64,000 bases of DNA from an uncultured Eubacteriales bacterium (GCA_902492065.1 CABUKE010000003.1:1942-65941); one strand, 5' to 3'. Positions 18,471 to 26,797 are shown, numbered from the stretch's first letter. Made by a program: numbers and translations. Notes: generated by a model from the letters alone, not told the origin.

Positions 18471-21400
18471 TTATTTAAACTCAACCTCAAGAATGGAATT
18501 CCATGCATTTGAGGTATTACCACTTCCGGAAATTCTTACTGCTTTAACCGTAGTCGGCTGCGGAAGCTTATACTCGGCAAGCGTATCTTCCTTGTTGGTC
18601 TGTGTACCATCAAACACAGTCTCAAAGTTTTCCCCATCTTCTGAAATTTCGAGCTTAAACATGGTGCTTCTTTCATTTGATTTCCAGAAAGCAATCCATA
18701 CAGAAGAAATCTCCCGCGGGTTTGCAAAGGTGTACTTAATCCACTGTTCGCCTTCTGCCGCCCAGCGTGTGCCGAGATCGCCGTCAAGCGTGTTTGCCGG
18801 CACATTGGCCGGTTCCGGAACGTCGCTGGCCTCAACCTCAATTTCCGCCATTGCACGCAGCGTAATATCATAGATATTGTACGTTTCCGGGTCATTGGGG
18901 TCATAAACCCTGACAGAAGCAATTCCCGGGAGTGCCGCCGCCTGTGTAATTTCTACTGTATAACCGTCCTCTGCTGTCGCATTCACAGTCGGAACAGCTG
19001 TCGTGCCGTAAGGCAGAACAACTTCATAGTTGGTAGCAAGCGGGCTGAAATTTCCCACCGTTTGTCCGTCAACCGTCAAATCAGTAAGACGCGGAATAAC
19101 GATTTCCCCGTCCGGAATCGTCCAGTCTGCGATGTCCGTATAGGTATATTTGTAATCCGGCTCCGTCTGCGTCCCTTCAAGCAGGCGGAACTCCACCGCC
19201 AGCTTGTAGTCCGTTACACCGGACATATGAATCGCAAGCTTCTTCCATGCGCTCCGGTCATACTCCGCTTCGTTCTTCTGCGGAGAGGTCGGCAACGGGT
19301 CAGCCGCCATTACTTCAAATTTTGCATCTGCCATATCGGACACAATGCCAACCCACATACGTTTGCCCGCTTTTTCAATAACAGCCGATTTGCCGTCCGG
19401 TGCAACGGTAATTTCGCCGTCCTGTACGTGTGCAAACCACCACACTTCCGACGCACTTGGCAGCGTCATTTCGTCCTGTACCACAACTGCCTTACGGTTG
19501 TCGGTAAAGAGTATGCCTCTCTGCGCCTCCTTTACCTTATTGCCATGCGCTGGCGCCATGTCAACGACAGCAATTGCGCCGCGCGGTTTGCTTTCATGGC
19601 GGGTAATCTTCGTTGTCGCAGAAACGACTTGGTCCTCCGACGTCCCCGGGTTTACCGTTATTGTATTGTGGCCTTCCGCACGGTTACGGTAGTACGTCCA
19701 GCGCGTACCGCCTGCGCCACCGCTGAAGTAGCTCGGCAGGTTATAATTTTCTGTGCCGATATCGCTGATAAAGCGTACACCGCCTGCATCAATCACAAAG
19801 TTACCACTGTCAAGGTTACCGTGGTTAACGCCATTGTAACCACCATGCAGCCCCGTGAATACTGTGCCGGAATCGTTCCAGTCGCCGCGCATTGTCACTG
19901 TTTCAACACCGGTCATATAGCGGTCAAGTGGAAGATGTACTTCTTTATTAATATTGTTCAGGTCATAGTGCAGGATATCATGGATGCCTGCCGCCTTTCT
20001 CCCGCTTGTAATATCCTGTAAGCGCATACCCGCAAGGTCCGGATTGCCAATTTTATTTGCAACCCAGAACAAATGAGACGTATCAACGGTTCCCTCGCCG
20101 CAGTCATTAAAGTTCCACATGCCGTTTGTGCCTTCAATATAGTTCGGGAAGTAGCATGTCGTATCAAGCCCCGGTGCATTAAACAGACCATAATCCGTCC
20201 CCATTGCAGAATCAAGACACTCAATCATATAGAACAGATTGTTCGTGCCGTATGCCCAATAGCCAGGCCCTTCCGGATAGCTTCCGTCCGGCGCGTAGCA
20301 GCGAATACCTTTTTCAATCGACTTGAGTACCTTCCCCATCAAATCTCCGGCGTCTTTTTCATATTCCGGCAAATCGCCAATTGCCGCACACGCAAGCGTC
20401 AAACCGCCGTTGCACACAGCGTTCCAGTTGTTGTCCGTGTTCGTCCAGCCGCTCCGGCCAAATGTTCCGTGCTTCGGCTCCATATCCTCCGTCGTACCGG
20501 CATACGCGCCGATTCCGGCCTGAATGCCATGCTCGAACAAGCCTTTTTCAATAACTTTGCGCTGCTCGTCGGTAAATCCGTCATACATCCAGTCGTATCC
20601 AATTGCAACGCCTTTCATAATGCCCGCTGCATCGAGGAAGTGGCCCGGGTGCCAGTTATCAAAGCCACAAAGAACCTCGATGTGGTCATATGCTGCGTCA
20701 ACATATTTCTGGTCACCGGTCATCTGATAAGCCAAGCCCCATTGCAACATATAGCTTTCCGTATTTGTCCCCTTGAGCCGGCCACCCTCATCGACACTGT
20801 AGACCGGCGGTTGTGCGCTCGCCGCCGTGTTTTCCGCATTTTTTAACTGCTTATCAATCCACTCTTTCATCAGCGGGTCCGTATCATACAAAGACTTAAT
20901 CCGTGCAAAATCGTCCGCATTGGCCAGAATTCTTGGATGCTGCGGTGCGTTTGCCTTTAAGTCGGAGATAATCTTTTCCCCGCCCGGCCGTTCATACGTG
21001 AACTCCGCCATAACATTCAGCATCAGCGCCAAATCTGTATCCCGGTTAAAAATATTTTCTGTATCAGAAATAACAATCAGCCCCATATCGTCCCAGAATA
21101 CCTGCTTGCCAAGTGCTTCCGCAATTGCGCGCAATGGTACAAACGTCCGGTCATCCCCTGTCACAATTGCCGCAGTGTCAATCTGGATTTCCTGCCCGTT
21201 TTTATAAATCTTATCTGAACCGATGGTAAGCTCAATTGTATCATTGCCGAGCTTTACCGTAACTTTTTCCGTCGCACCGCCGTCATACGATACCTCAGCG
21301 CCGAACGCCTCTGAGATAAACCGCATTGGAACGAGCGTACGGTCATTGCTTGTGAACGGAACCACGTTTGCATTGTTTTCGTCAATTGGCAGTTTTTCCT

Positions 21401-22703
21401 TTTTCACCAGTGCAGATGGGCAGTCAAGCTTTAGGCAGACTGCGTTCTCCACCCGTGAAAAGTCGGATGGGTTTGCCGTCGGAACCGGTGTTGCTTCTAC
21501 ATTGGAGCCGTCGAGATAAATGGTATCCAAATAGAGTACCGTCGACGTGTCGTTCTCCATGCCCCAGCCCGTGGAGAAAAGCTTGAGCGAGTCGATCTGA
21601 TGCCAGCCAATCGGCGTACGTGTCTTGCCGAGTGAAGCGAATGTCCCCTTCACTTCTGTCCACGCCTGCGGTGCAAGCGTCAGCGACCTGCCGTAATAGT
21701 CGTCGCCATCCGTTGTCGCAGCATTCTGGCTATCGAAGCGCATATAAAGCTTCTGCTCTTTATCAGAGCTGTTATATATGTTGAAGCTATATTCCGTGTA
21801 GCAGCGCAAATCACCCGAAATACTGTTGAATATAAGATTTGGCTTATCCGCAAACTTCCACTCTGCGCTGTATTTTGCAGACTTTACATTTTTGCTGTCT
21901 GCCGTCAGTCCCATTGCCTTAATCGCGTCTTTATCGTCGCAGTCAAACACGGCCGTTTTTCCCTTCATTGTTACATTGCTGTCCGGTGTTGAGGACGGTG
22001 CTGCAGAAGGCGTAAACGTATTAGTCGGTTCCTGTACATCCTTGCCCGTTATATCCTTCGGCTCCGTCGCTTCATAAATCTTCAAATTGTCCACGAGCAG
22101 GTCAGCCCCGTTTCCACTTTTTGCAATATATAAACGCAGCAAGGTCAGCCCCGTCGCCGCTCCCGACACCGGAACGCCTTTTTCAACCTGCTTTCCGTCT
22201 ACATAACTGTCATATGTAAAAGTTTCCAGATTAAGTACGGCTGCAACATTCAACCACTTGCCCTTTTTTAGTGTACCAAGTTCCTTCTCGCTCCCAGCCG
22301 AGATTATCTTGCCATTACTAATTTTAAACAAGCGACCATCTGTTCTTGATGAATCTTTAAACTGAAGATCTCCGCTGATGCCCGCCTTTGTCGAGGAAAG
22401 ATCCATCTCTACAACGATGTACTTCGTCGGGTTCGGCATCGAAACCTCTATGTAACAATCCTCAGTGACAGCATCCGCCATCTGAATCTTAACATACTGG
22501 TTGTCGCCTTCTTTTTCCAGCGCGATGGAATTCGACTTTGGCATAACGATAAGCCCATCCTCCAGCGCCTTGCCCTCCTCATCATAGGTGCGGTTGTAAA
22601 AGATTGCCTCTCCTACATCATCCGCCGCAAAGGATAGCGTCGGAAAACACGTCACGACAAGCGCCATAACAAGCGCCCATATTATTGCTTTACTTCGCAT
22701 CAT
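18471..22703 (-). CDS. Secreted multidomain heparinase II/III-like polysaccharide lyase candidate (second subfamily)
   Basis: 1410 aa. Order of parts: signal peptide MMRSKAIIWALVMALVVTCFPTLSFA; LamG-like domain (about aa 27-215); a second beta-sandwich (about 250-400); two copper-amine-oxidase-N-like repeats (NDRTLVPMRFISEAFGAEV; DDRTFVPLRAIAEALGKQV); QHPRILANADDFARIKSLY followed by NWHPGHFLDAAG and VNHGNLDSGNF (alginate-lyase/heparinase III-like core); a cadherin-like beta-sandwich (LTDLTVDGQTVGNFSPLATNYEVVL); and a C-terminal F5/8 type C domain (GTRWAAEGEQW...). Confidence 0.8.
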   Translation of the reverse strand: MMRSKAIIWALVMALVVTCFPTLSFAADDVGEAIFYNRTYDEEGKALEDGLIVMPKSNSIALEKEGDNQYVKIQMADAVTEDCYIEVSMPNPTKYIVVEMDLSSTKAGISGDLQFKDSSRTDGRLFKISNGKIISAGSEKELGTLKKGKWLNVAAVLNLETFTYDSYVDGKQVEKGVPVSGAATGLTLLRLYIAKSGNGADLLVDNLKIYEATEPKDITGKDVQEPTNTFTPSAAPSSTPDSNVTMKGKTAVFDCDDKDAIKAMGLTADSKNVKSAKYSAEWKFADKPNLIFNSISGDLRCYTEYSFNIYNSSDKEQKLYMRFDSQNAATTDGDDYYGRSLTLAPQAWTEVKGTFASLGKTRTPIGWHQIDSLKLFSTGWGMENDTSTVLYLDTIYLDGSNVEATPVPTANPSDFSRVENAVCLKLDCPSALVKKEKLPIDENNANVVPFTSNDRTLVPMRFISEAFGAEVSYDGGATEKVTVKLGNDTIELTIGSDKIYKNGQEIQIDTAAIVTGDDRTFVPLRAIAEALGKQVFWDDMGLIVISDTENIFNRDTDLALMLNVMAEFTYERPGGEKIISDLKANAPQHPRILANADDFARIKSLYDTDPLMKEWIDKQLKNAENTAASAQPPVYSVDEGGRLKGTNTESYMLQWGLAYQMTGDQKYVDAAYDHIEVLCGFDNWHPGHFLDAAGIMKGVAIGYDWMYDGFTDEQRKVIEKGLFEHGIQAGIGAYAGTTEDMEPKHGTFGRSGWTNTDNNWNAVCNGGLTLACAAIGDLPEYEKDAGDLMGKVLKSIEKGIRCYAPDGSYPEGPGYWAYGTNNLFYMIECLDSAMGTDYGLFNAPGLDTTCYFPNYIEGTNGMWNFNDCGEGTVDTSHLFWVANKIGNPDLAGMRLQDITSGRKAAGIHDILHYDLNNINKEVHLPLDRYMTGVETVTMRGDWNDSGTVFTGLHGGYNGVNHGNLDSGNFVIDAGGVRFISDIGTENYNLPSYFSGGAGGTRWTYYRNRAEGHNTITVNPGTSEDQVVSATTKITRHESKPRGAIAVVDMAPAHGNKVKEAQRGILFTDNRKAVVVQDEMTLPSASEVWWFAHVQDGEITVAPDGKSAVIEKAGKRMWVGIVSDMADAKFEVMAADPLPTSPQKNEAEYDRSAWKKLAIHMSGVTDYKLAVEFRLLEGTQTEPDYKYTYTDIADWTIPDGEIVIPRLTDLTVDGQTVGNFSPLATNYEVVLPYGTTAVPTVNATAEDGYTVEITQAAALPGIASVRVYDPNDPETYNIYDITLRAMAEIEVEASDVPEPANVPANTLDGDLGTRWAAEGEQWIKYTFANPREISSVWIAFWKSNERSTMFKLEISEDGENFETVFDGTQTNKEDTLAEYKLPQPTTVKAVRISGSGNTSNAWNSILEVEFK

Positions 22704-22735
22704 TGGGTACCCCCTCCATTCTTTTTTATATAAAT

Positions 22736-22764
22736 ATTATAACGCCGCAATATCAACTTTGCAA
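22736..22764 (-). promoter_or_regulatory. Sigma-A promoter for the 18471..22703 lyase gene
   Basis: Minus strand reads TTGCAA-17 nt-TATAAT, about 30 nt upstream of the RBS GGAGGGGG. Confidence 0.65.
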
Positions 22765-22824
22765 CATAATTTACAAAAAATATATTAATTTTATCTAAAT
22801 TATATTTTTAATTTTCGAAAACCT

Positions 22825-22854
22825 TTGTTGTTTTTTTCTTGTTCCTGTTATAAT
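22825..22854 (+). promoter_or_regulatory. Upstream candidate promoter (P2) of the ECF S-component operon
   Basis: TTGTTG-18 nt-TATAAT with a TGt extended -10. Confidence 0.4.
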
Positions 22855-22900
22855 AGTTCTTTCCGTACCTTTTTATGCCAATTCTCCTTAGCTTGGATGC

Positions 22901-22928
22901 TTGCTTTTTTTCATATTTATGGTATAAT
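22901..22928 (+). promoter_or_regulatory. Sigma-A promoter (P1) of the ECF S-component operon
   Basis: TTGCTT-16 nt-TATAAT with a TGg extended -10. Confidence 0.6.
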
Positions 22929-22983
22929 AATTTCTAAGATTTTCGGGATGGTTTTATTTTAGGAAATCGGGCAATCCATAGGA

Positions 22984-23016
22984 GCAAGCCGAGTATGGCT
23001 TGCCTTTCTATTTTTC
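22984..23016 (+). terminator. Leader (attenuator) terminator upstream of the ECF S-component gene
   Basis: Hairpin gcaagcc-gagtat-ggcttgc followed by ctttctattttt. It lies about 50 nt downstream of the predicted P1 start and about 65 nt before the start codon. Confidence 0.6.
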
Positions 23017-23081
23017 AGTATACACTTTTATATGGGCAAGAGAGTTAACAAACGAGTTGTATAAAAAAGGGGATGAATTGT

Positions 23082-23675
23082 ATGAAATCGTCAAAAGTGT
23101 CCAAACTGGTTCGGCTGGCATTGCTGTCCGCTATTATTGTCATTATGGCGTTCACGCCGCTTGGATTTTTGAACGTCGGCCCATTCGCCATCACATTTAT
23201 CACAATTCCTGTCATCATTGGCGCTGTTACAATGGGGCCTGCTGCCGGGTTGTTCCTAGGCGGTATGTTCGGTCTGATGAGCTTTATCCAGTGTTTCCAG
23301 GGCAGTCCGCTCGGGAGCGTTTTGCTTACTATCAACCCGTTCCTTACCTTTTTCAATTGTATGGTGCCGCGCCTGCTGATGGGCTGGCTGTGCGGCCTGC
23401 TTTACCGTGCGCTCAACCGCAGTGGAAAAGACAGCATTGCTGCAGTTGGAACGGCCAGCATCTCCGGAGCACTGATGAATACAGTATTTTTTATGACTTC
23501 GTTTATTCTCTGCTTTGGAAACAGCGAATATGTCCAAAATTTGCAGGGCGGTATGAATGTATTTGCATTTCTCGTTGGAATGGTCGGCGTGAACGGAGTG
23601 GTTGAGGCGGTTTCCTGCGCCGTAGTCGGCACAGCAGTCAGCAAGCCGCTTCTGAAATTTATCAAAAAGGGGTGA
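23082..23675 (+). CDS. ECF transporter S component (substrate-capture subunit, substrate unknown)
   Basis: About 197 aa with six TM helices, in ECF-S style (LVRLALLSAIIVIMAFTPLGF...ITIPVIIGAVTMGPAAGLFLGGMFGLMSF). Start chosen at ATG 23082, 9 nt after the RBS aaaaagggg. The track start at 23073 abuts the RBS. Confidence 0.78.
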   Translation: MKSSKVSKLVRLALLSAIIVIMAFTPLGFLNVGPFAITFITIPVIIGAVTMGPAAGLFLGGMFGLMSFIQCFQGSPLGSVLLTINPFLTFFNCMVPRLLMGWLCGLLYRALNRSGKDSIAAVGTASISGALMNTVFFMTSFILCFGNSEYVQNLQGGMNVFAFLVGMVGVNGVVEAVSCAVVGTAVSKPLLKFIKKG

Positions 23676-23683
23676 TTCCTTTT

Positions 23684-24652
23684 ATGAAGGAGATTGCCAT
23701 TACAGATATCAAACAAATCAAAATTGGCAATGCTGAAAATAAACAGGCCGCCACCGGGCTGACGGTTCTTTTATGCGACGGCGGCGCAGTCTGCGGTGTC
23801 GATATCCGGGGTGGCGGTCCAGCGTCACGGGAAACACCGCTTTTGAACCCGCTTGCTGCAGCGGAGCGAATCCACGCAGTCTTACTGAGCGGCGGCAGCG
23901 CCTTTGGGCTTGATGCAGCCGGCGGTGTTATGCAGTATCTGGAAGAACGGGGTATCGGCTTTGACACCGGAATTGCAAAGGTGCCGCTTGTATGCCAGTC
24001 GTGCATATTTGACCTCGGCATTGGCGATAAGTCCGTGCGTCCTGCAAAAGAGATGGCTTATGCCGCCTGCGAACGCGCACAATCGAACGGTTTTCAGCCG
24101 GGAAACTACGGTGCTGGAACAGGTGCAACTGTCGGAAAGCTGCTCGGCGGAGACTACATGATGAAAGCAGGCATTGGCACATATGCAGTCGAACTGGAAA
24201 ACGGCCTGCAAGTCGGCGCAGTCGTGTGTGTCAATGCGCTTGGAGACATATATGATGAGCATGGGAAGCAAATCGCCGGCCTGCTCGACGAAGCAAAAAC
24301 GGGCCTGCGCAGCACAAAAGAACTGATGTATGCTTCCTGCGGTGCGCCGGCAACCGCACCGCTGCATGCAAACACGACAATCGGCGCGGTCGTTACAAAC
24401 GCCGGATTTTCAAAATCCGAGATGAACAAAATTGCCGCCATGGCACATAATGGCTATGCGCGGGCAATCTCGCCTGTCAACACAACAGCGGACGGCGACA
24501 GTGTGTATGCCCTTTCGGTCGGTACGCTTACCGTGGATATTAATATTGTCGGCACACTTGCTGCGGACGTTGTGCAACGGGCAATCTACAGCGCCGTTTG
24601 GGACGCCGAGAGTGCTTACGGGCTGAAATGTGCCCGGGATTTGCAGAAGTGA
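23684..24652 (+). CDS. P1 family peptidase (S58 / DmpA-type Ntn aminopeptidase)
   Basis: ITDIKQIKIGNAENKQAATGLTVLLC...GVDIRGGGPASRETPLL...AVLLSGGSAFGLDAAGGVMQYLEERGIGF is typical of the DmpA/BapA family. The ATG at 23684 is preferred over the GTG at 23672. Confidence 0.82.
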   Translation: MKEIAITDIKQIKIGNAENKQAATGLTVLLCDGGAVCGVDIRGGGPASRETPLLNPLAAAERIHAVLLSGGSAFGLDAAGGVMQYLEERGIGFDTGIAKVPLVCQSCIFDLGIGDKSVRPAKEMAYAACERAQSNGFQPGNYGAGTGATVGKLLGGDYMMKAGIGTYAVELENGLQVGAVVCVNALGDIYDEHGKQIAGLLDEAKTGLRSTKELMYASCGAPATAPLHANTTIGAVVTNAGFSKSEMNKIAAMAHNGYARAISPVNTTADGDSVYALSVGTLTVDINIVGTLAADVVQRAIYSAVWDAESAYGLKCARDLQK

Positions 24653-24661
24653 GGTGTTTTT

Positions 24662-25554
24662 TTGGTAGAGGTCGTATTCGGCGACAGTGAAAAAGCTACT
24701 GTAAAAATAGCCAAGCATTATAGCGCTAAAACAATGCAGCACAGTATAATCAGATATTTTGGAGAAAAGCCAACAAAAGCCGATTTACAAACGCGTTACG
24801 CCGGACAGCCGATTGGAGGAAGTCCGCAGGATGTGGTAAGCATCGGTTTTGCACTTGACTTTGGCGATATTTCCGGCCCTTTTCCCGGCGACGGCAGACG
24901 CGAGGCCGTCCGCCAGCTCTGGGGGCGGTTTGGCTTTGACGCTAAGTCCTATGAACAATTTTTTCAAACCCTGTGTGATGATGCAGATAAACTCCTCAAC
25001 ACTGCGCGGGCAGGCACGCCTATCCGTGCCTGGATCAGTCATGCCCCCTATTCCCTGTGCGGATTTTATGCGCTCTGTGATCTGCTTGCGGATATCGACT
25101 GTCCATTAAGCAGTATTTTTTGCCGGATTTTGTACCGCGCGACGGAGAGGGCCAGGCACAGGGTTTGTATACCTTTTGGTATGAGGTCGAATCGGGAAAG
25201 CTGTATCAATTCCTCCCTTATGAGAGACAAGTACCTGAACCGGAACTAAGAAGCTATGCCAAAGTGTGGCGTGAGCTGAAGAACGAAAACGCGCCGATGC
25301 GCGCTGTTATAAACGGCAGACTACTTTCGGTTCCAGAGGATTTCTACGAATTTCTACTTTTCCGTTCTATTCCGGATGGGGATTTTGTGTTGGCGAAACT
25401 GATTGGTGATTTGCTGAACAAATATAGGCTTGGCATCAGTGACAGTGTGTATGCACTGCGAATCGACAAACTAATTTCCGAAGGGAAGCTGCTTGTAGTG
25501 GGCAATTCTGACCAATCACATCCCTATGGAATGATACTGAGAAAAAACTGGTAA
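24662..25554 (+). pseudogene. DUF1835/DUF3658-like protein split by a frameshift in a T6 run (pseudogene, assembly error or slippage site)
   Basis: Two overlapping ORFs, 24662..25249 and 25120..25554, in different frames. The N-terminus (TTG)VEVVFGDSEKATVK looks like DUF1835. Sense is lost after CPLSSIF at the T-run 25116-25121 and resumes in the -1 frame as LPDFVPRDGEGQ... One extra T would fuse them into about 297 aa. Confidence 0.6.
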
Positions 25555-25565
25555 GCGTGTAACAT

Positions 25566-25602
25566 AAAAAAACAGACCGGACTCATGTCTGGTCTGTTTT
25601 TT
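25566..25602. terminator. Bidirectional terminator between the DUF1835 gene and the PstS-like gene
   Basis: Stem cagaccgga/tctggtctg (one G-U pair), flanked by A7 and T6. Confidence 0.8.
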
Positions 25603-25603
25603 A

Positions 25604-26797
25604 TTATTCGGCTTGATTTATAGGTACATAACCCGTTTCGTCAATAATCCATTGCCCCTGCCGGCCGCAAATCCACTCGAGCAATGCCTGACAGTTCGGG
25701 TTGGAATGTTGCGTCGTCACGGCGTAAAACTCCGACGCAATCGGATACGTCCCATTTTCAATGTTTTCTTTCGTTGGTGCGACGCCGTCAAGCGGCAATA
25801 GCTTAATTTGATTATTTTTCACCAGCTCCGTGCTGTAAAACCGGAACGAGTAGCCAATCGAATTCTTGTAATTTTTATAATCGGCCGTCTGCTCAATAAT
25901 TCCGCCCATGCCGGTCACAACATCCTCCTTCGGCGGCGTCATCAGTGTCCTTCCCGCCATCAGGTTTTGGAGTGCGGTCTGGCTTCCGCTCCCTTCGTCG
26001 CGCTGGAAAGCGCGTATCTGCCCCAAATCAGCACCCAATGTACTCCAGTCCGTTATCTCCCCGGAATAGATTTGCTGAACCTGCTCCACAGTCAGACCAT
26101 CAATCGGGTTTTGGGCATTGACAAAAAAGACGAACGCCTCCCGTCCAATCGGTGTAAAGGTCAGCTCCACGCCCTTTTCCTCCGCATATGCGGCCTGCTT
26201 TTCCGACGCGGACGCAACAAAAATCATGTCAGCTTCGCCTTCAATCAGCCGTTCATAGGCTTCCGGCGTTGTCGAGCATTGCAAGTAGTCCGTAAAGCAC
26301 ACCCCTTCTTCAAAGCTCTCCTTTGGATATACCGCCCGCGCAAAGGCAGAATACACCGGATACAGCGCAGTCGCACCGTCGAGACGCGGCAAATCGTCCG
26401 TAAGCGTCAGCAACGACTCCTCGTCAAGCACAACAACCTTCGATTCAGCGCCATATGGGGCGTATTCGGGAAAAATCTGAGTCCCCTCCGTAATGGTGGG
26501 AATATCCGCGTCCTGTTTTTCATATATCGCATAACCCGCCCATGCCAACGTCGTAACTGCGAGCGCAATGAGAATCGGTATGTAGATATATTTTCTTTGC
26601 AAAATCCCCCAAACTGCAAAAATGCACACAAGGGAAAGAATTAAACCATATGCAATCACACCTCCAAAATAGACGTCTCCATATCCACTGAGCGCCACAA
26701 TAAGAACAGCGCCAAAAGTAAAAAAAGCAATAAACGCAAAGGCTACCACAGAAGCAATCACTTTTAAAATAATACTGCCAATTGTTGTTTCTTTCAT
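25604..26797 (-). CDS. Membrane-anchored PstS-like (PBP type 2, phosphate-binding family) substrate-binding protein
   Basis: 397 aa with about four N-terminal TM helices. The periplasmic-binding-protein core follows (DGATALYPVYSAFARAVYP..., FQRDEGSGSQTAL, IGYSFRFY), which I recognise as PstS/PBP_like_2. No adjacent pstCAB. Confidence 0.65.
   Translation of the reverse strand: MKETTIGSIILKVIASVVAFAFIAFFTFGAVLIVALSGYGDVYFGGVIAYGLILSLVCIFAVWGILQRKYIYIPILIALAVTTLAWAGYAIYEKQDADIPTITEGTQIFPEYAPYGAESKVVVLDEESLLTLTDDLPRLDGATALYPVYSAFARAVYPKESFEEGVCFTDYLQCSTTPEAYERLIEGEADMIFVASASEKQAAYAEEKGVELTFTPIGREAFVFFVNAQNPIDGLTVEQVQQIYSGEITDWSTLGADLGQIRAFQRDEGSGSQTALQNLMAGRTLMTPPKEDVVTGMGGIIEQTADYKNYKNSIGYSFRFYSTELVKNNQIKLLPLDGVAPTKENIENGTYPIASEFYAVTTQHSNPNCQALLEWICGRQGQWIIDETGYVPINQAE

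Noticed and set aside
19062-20021. 319-aa antisense ORF inside the 18471..22703 gene, with similar cases at 51061..52029, 33771..34805, 25808..26644, 27392..28228 and 36225..36914
   Set aside because: The reasoning is the same for all of them. Each is a long open frame opposite a confidently assigned gene. Their composition is Arg-rich and unlike real proteins, they lack plausible start contexts, and they show no family motifs.
9070-22703. Both giant secreted proteins are exactly 1410 aa (4233 nt), which raised the possibility of a recent duplication or an assembly repeat
   Set aside because: The domain order differs. The catalytic cores belong to different subtypes, and even the shared C-terminal discoidin domains are only loosely similar by eye. 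I treat the equal length as coincidence.
23000-23605. 201-aa ORF overlapping the leader terminator and the ECF S-component gene in another frame
   Set aside because: It starts inside the terminator hairpin and has no RBS. Its translation is unlike real proteins, being Cys/Arg/Tyr-rich. The alternative frame gives a clean six-TM S-component.
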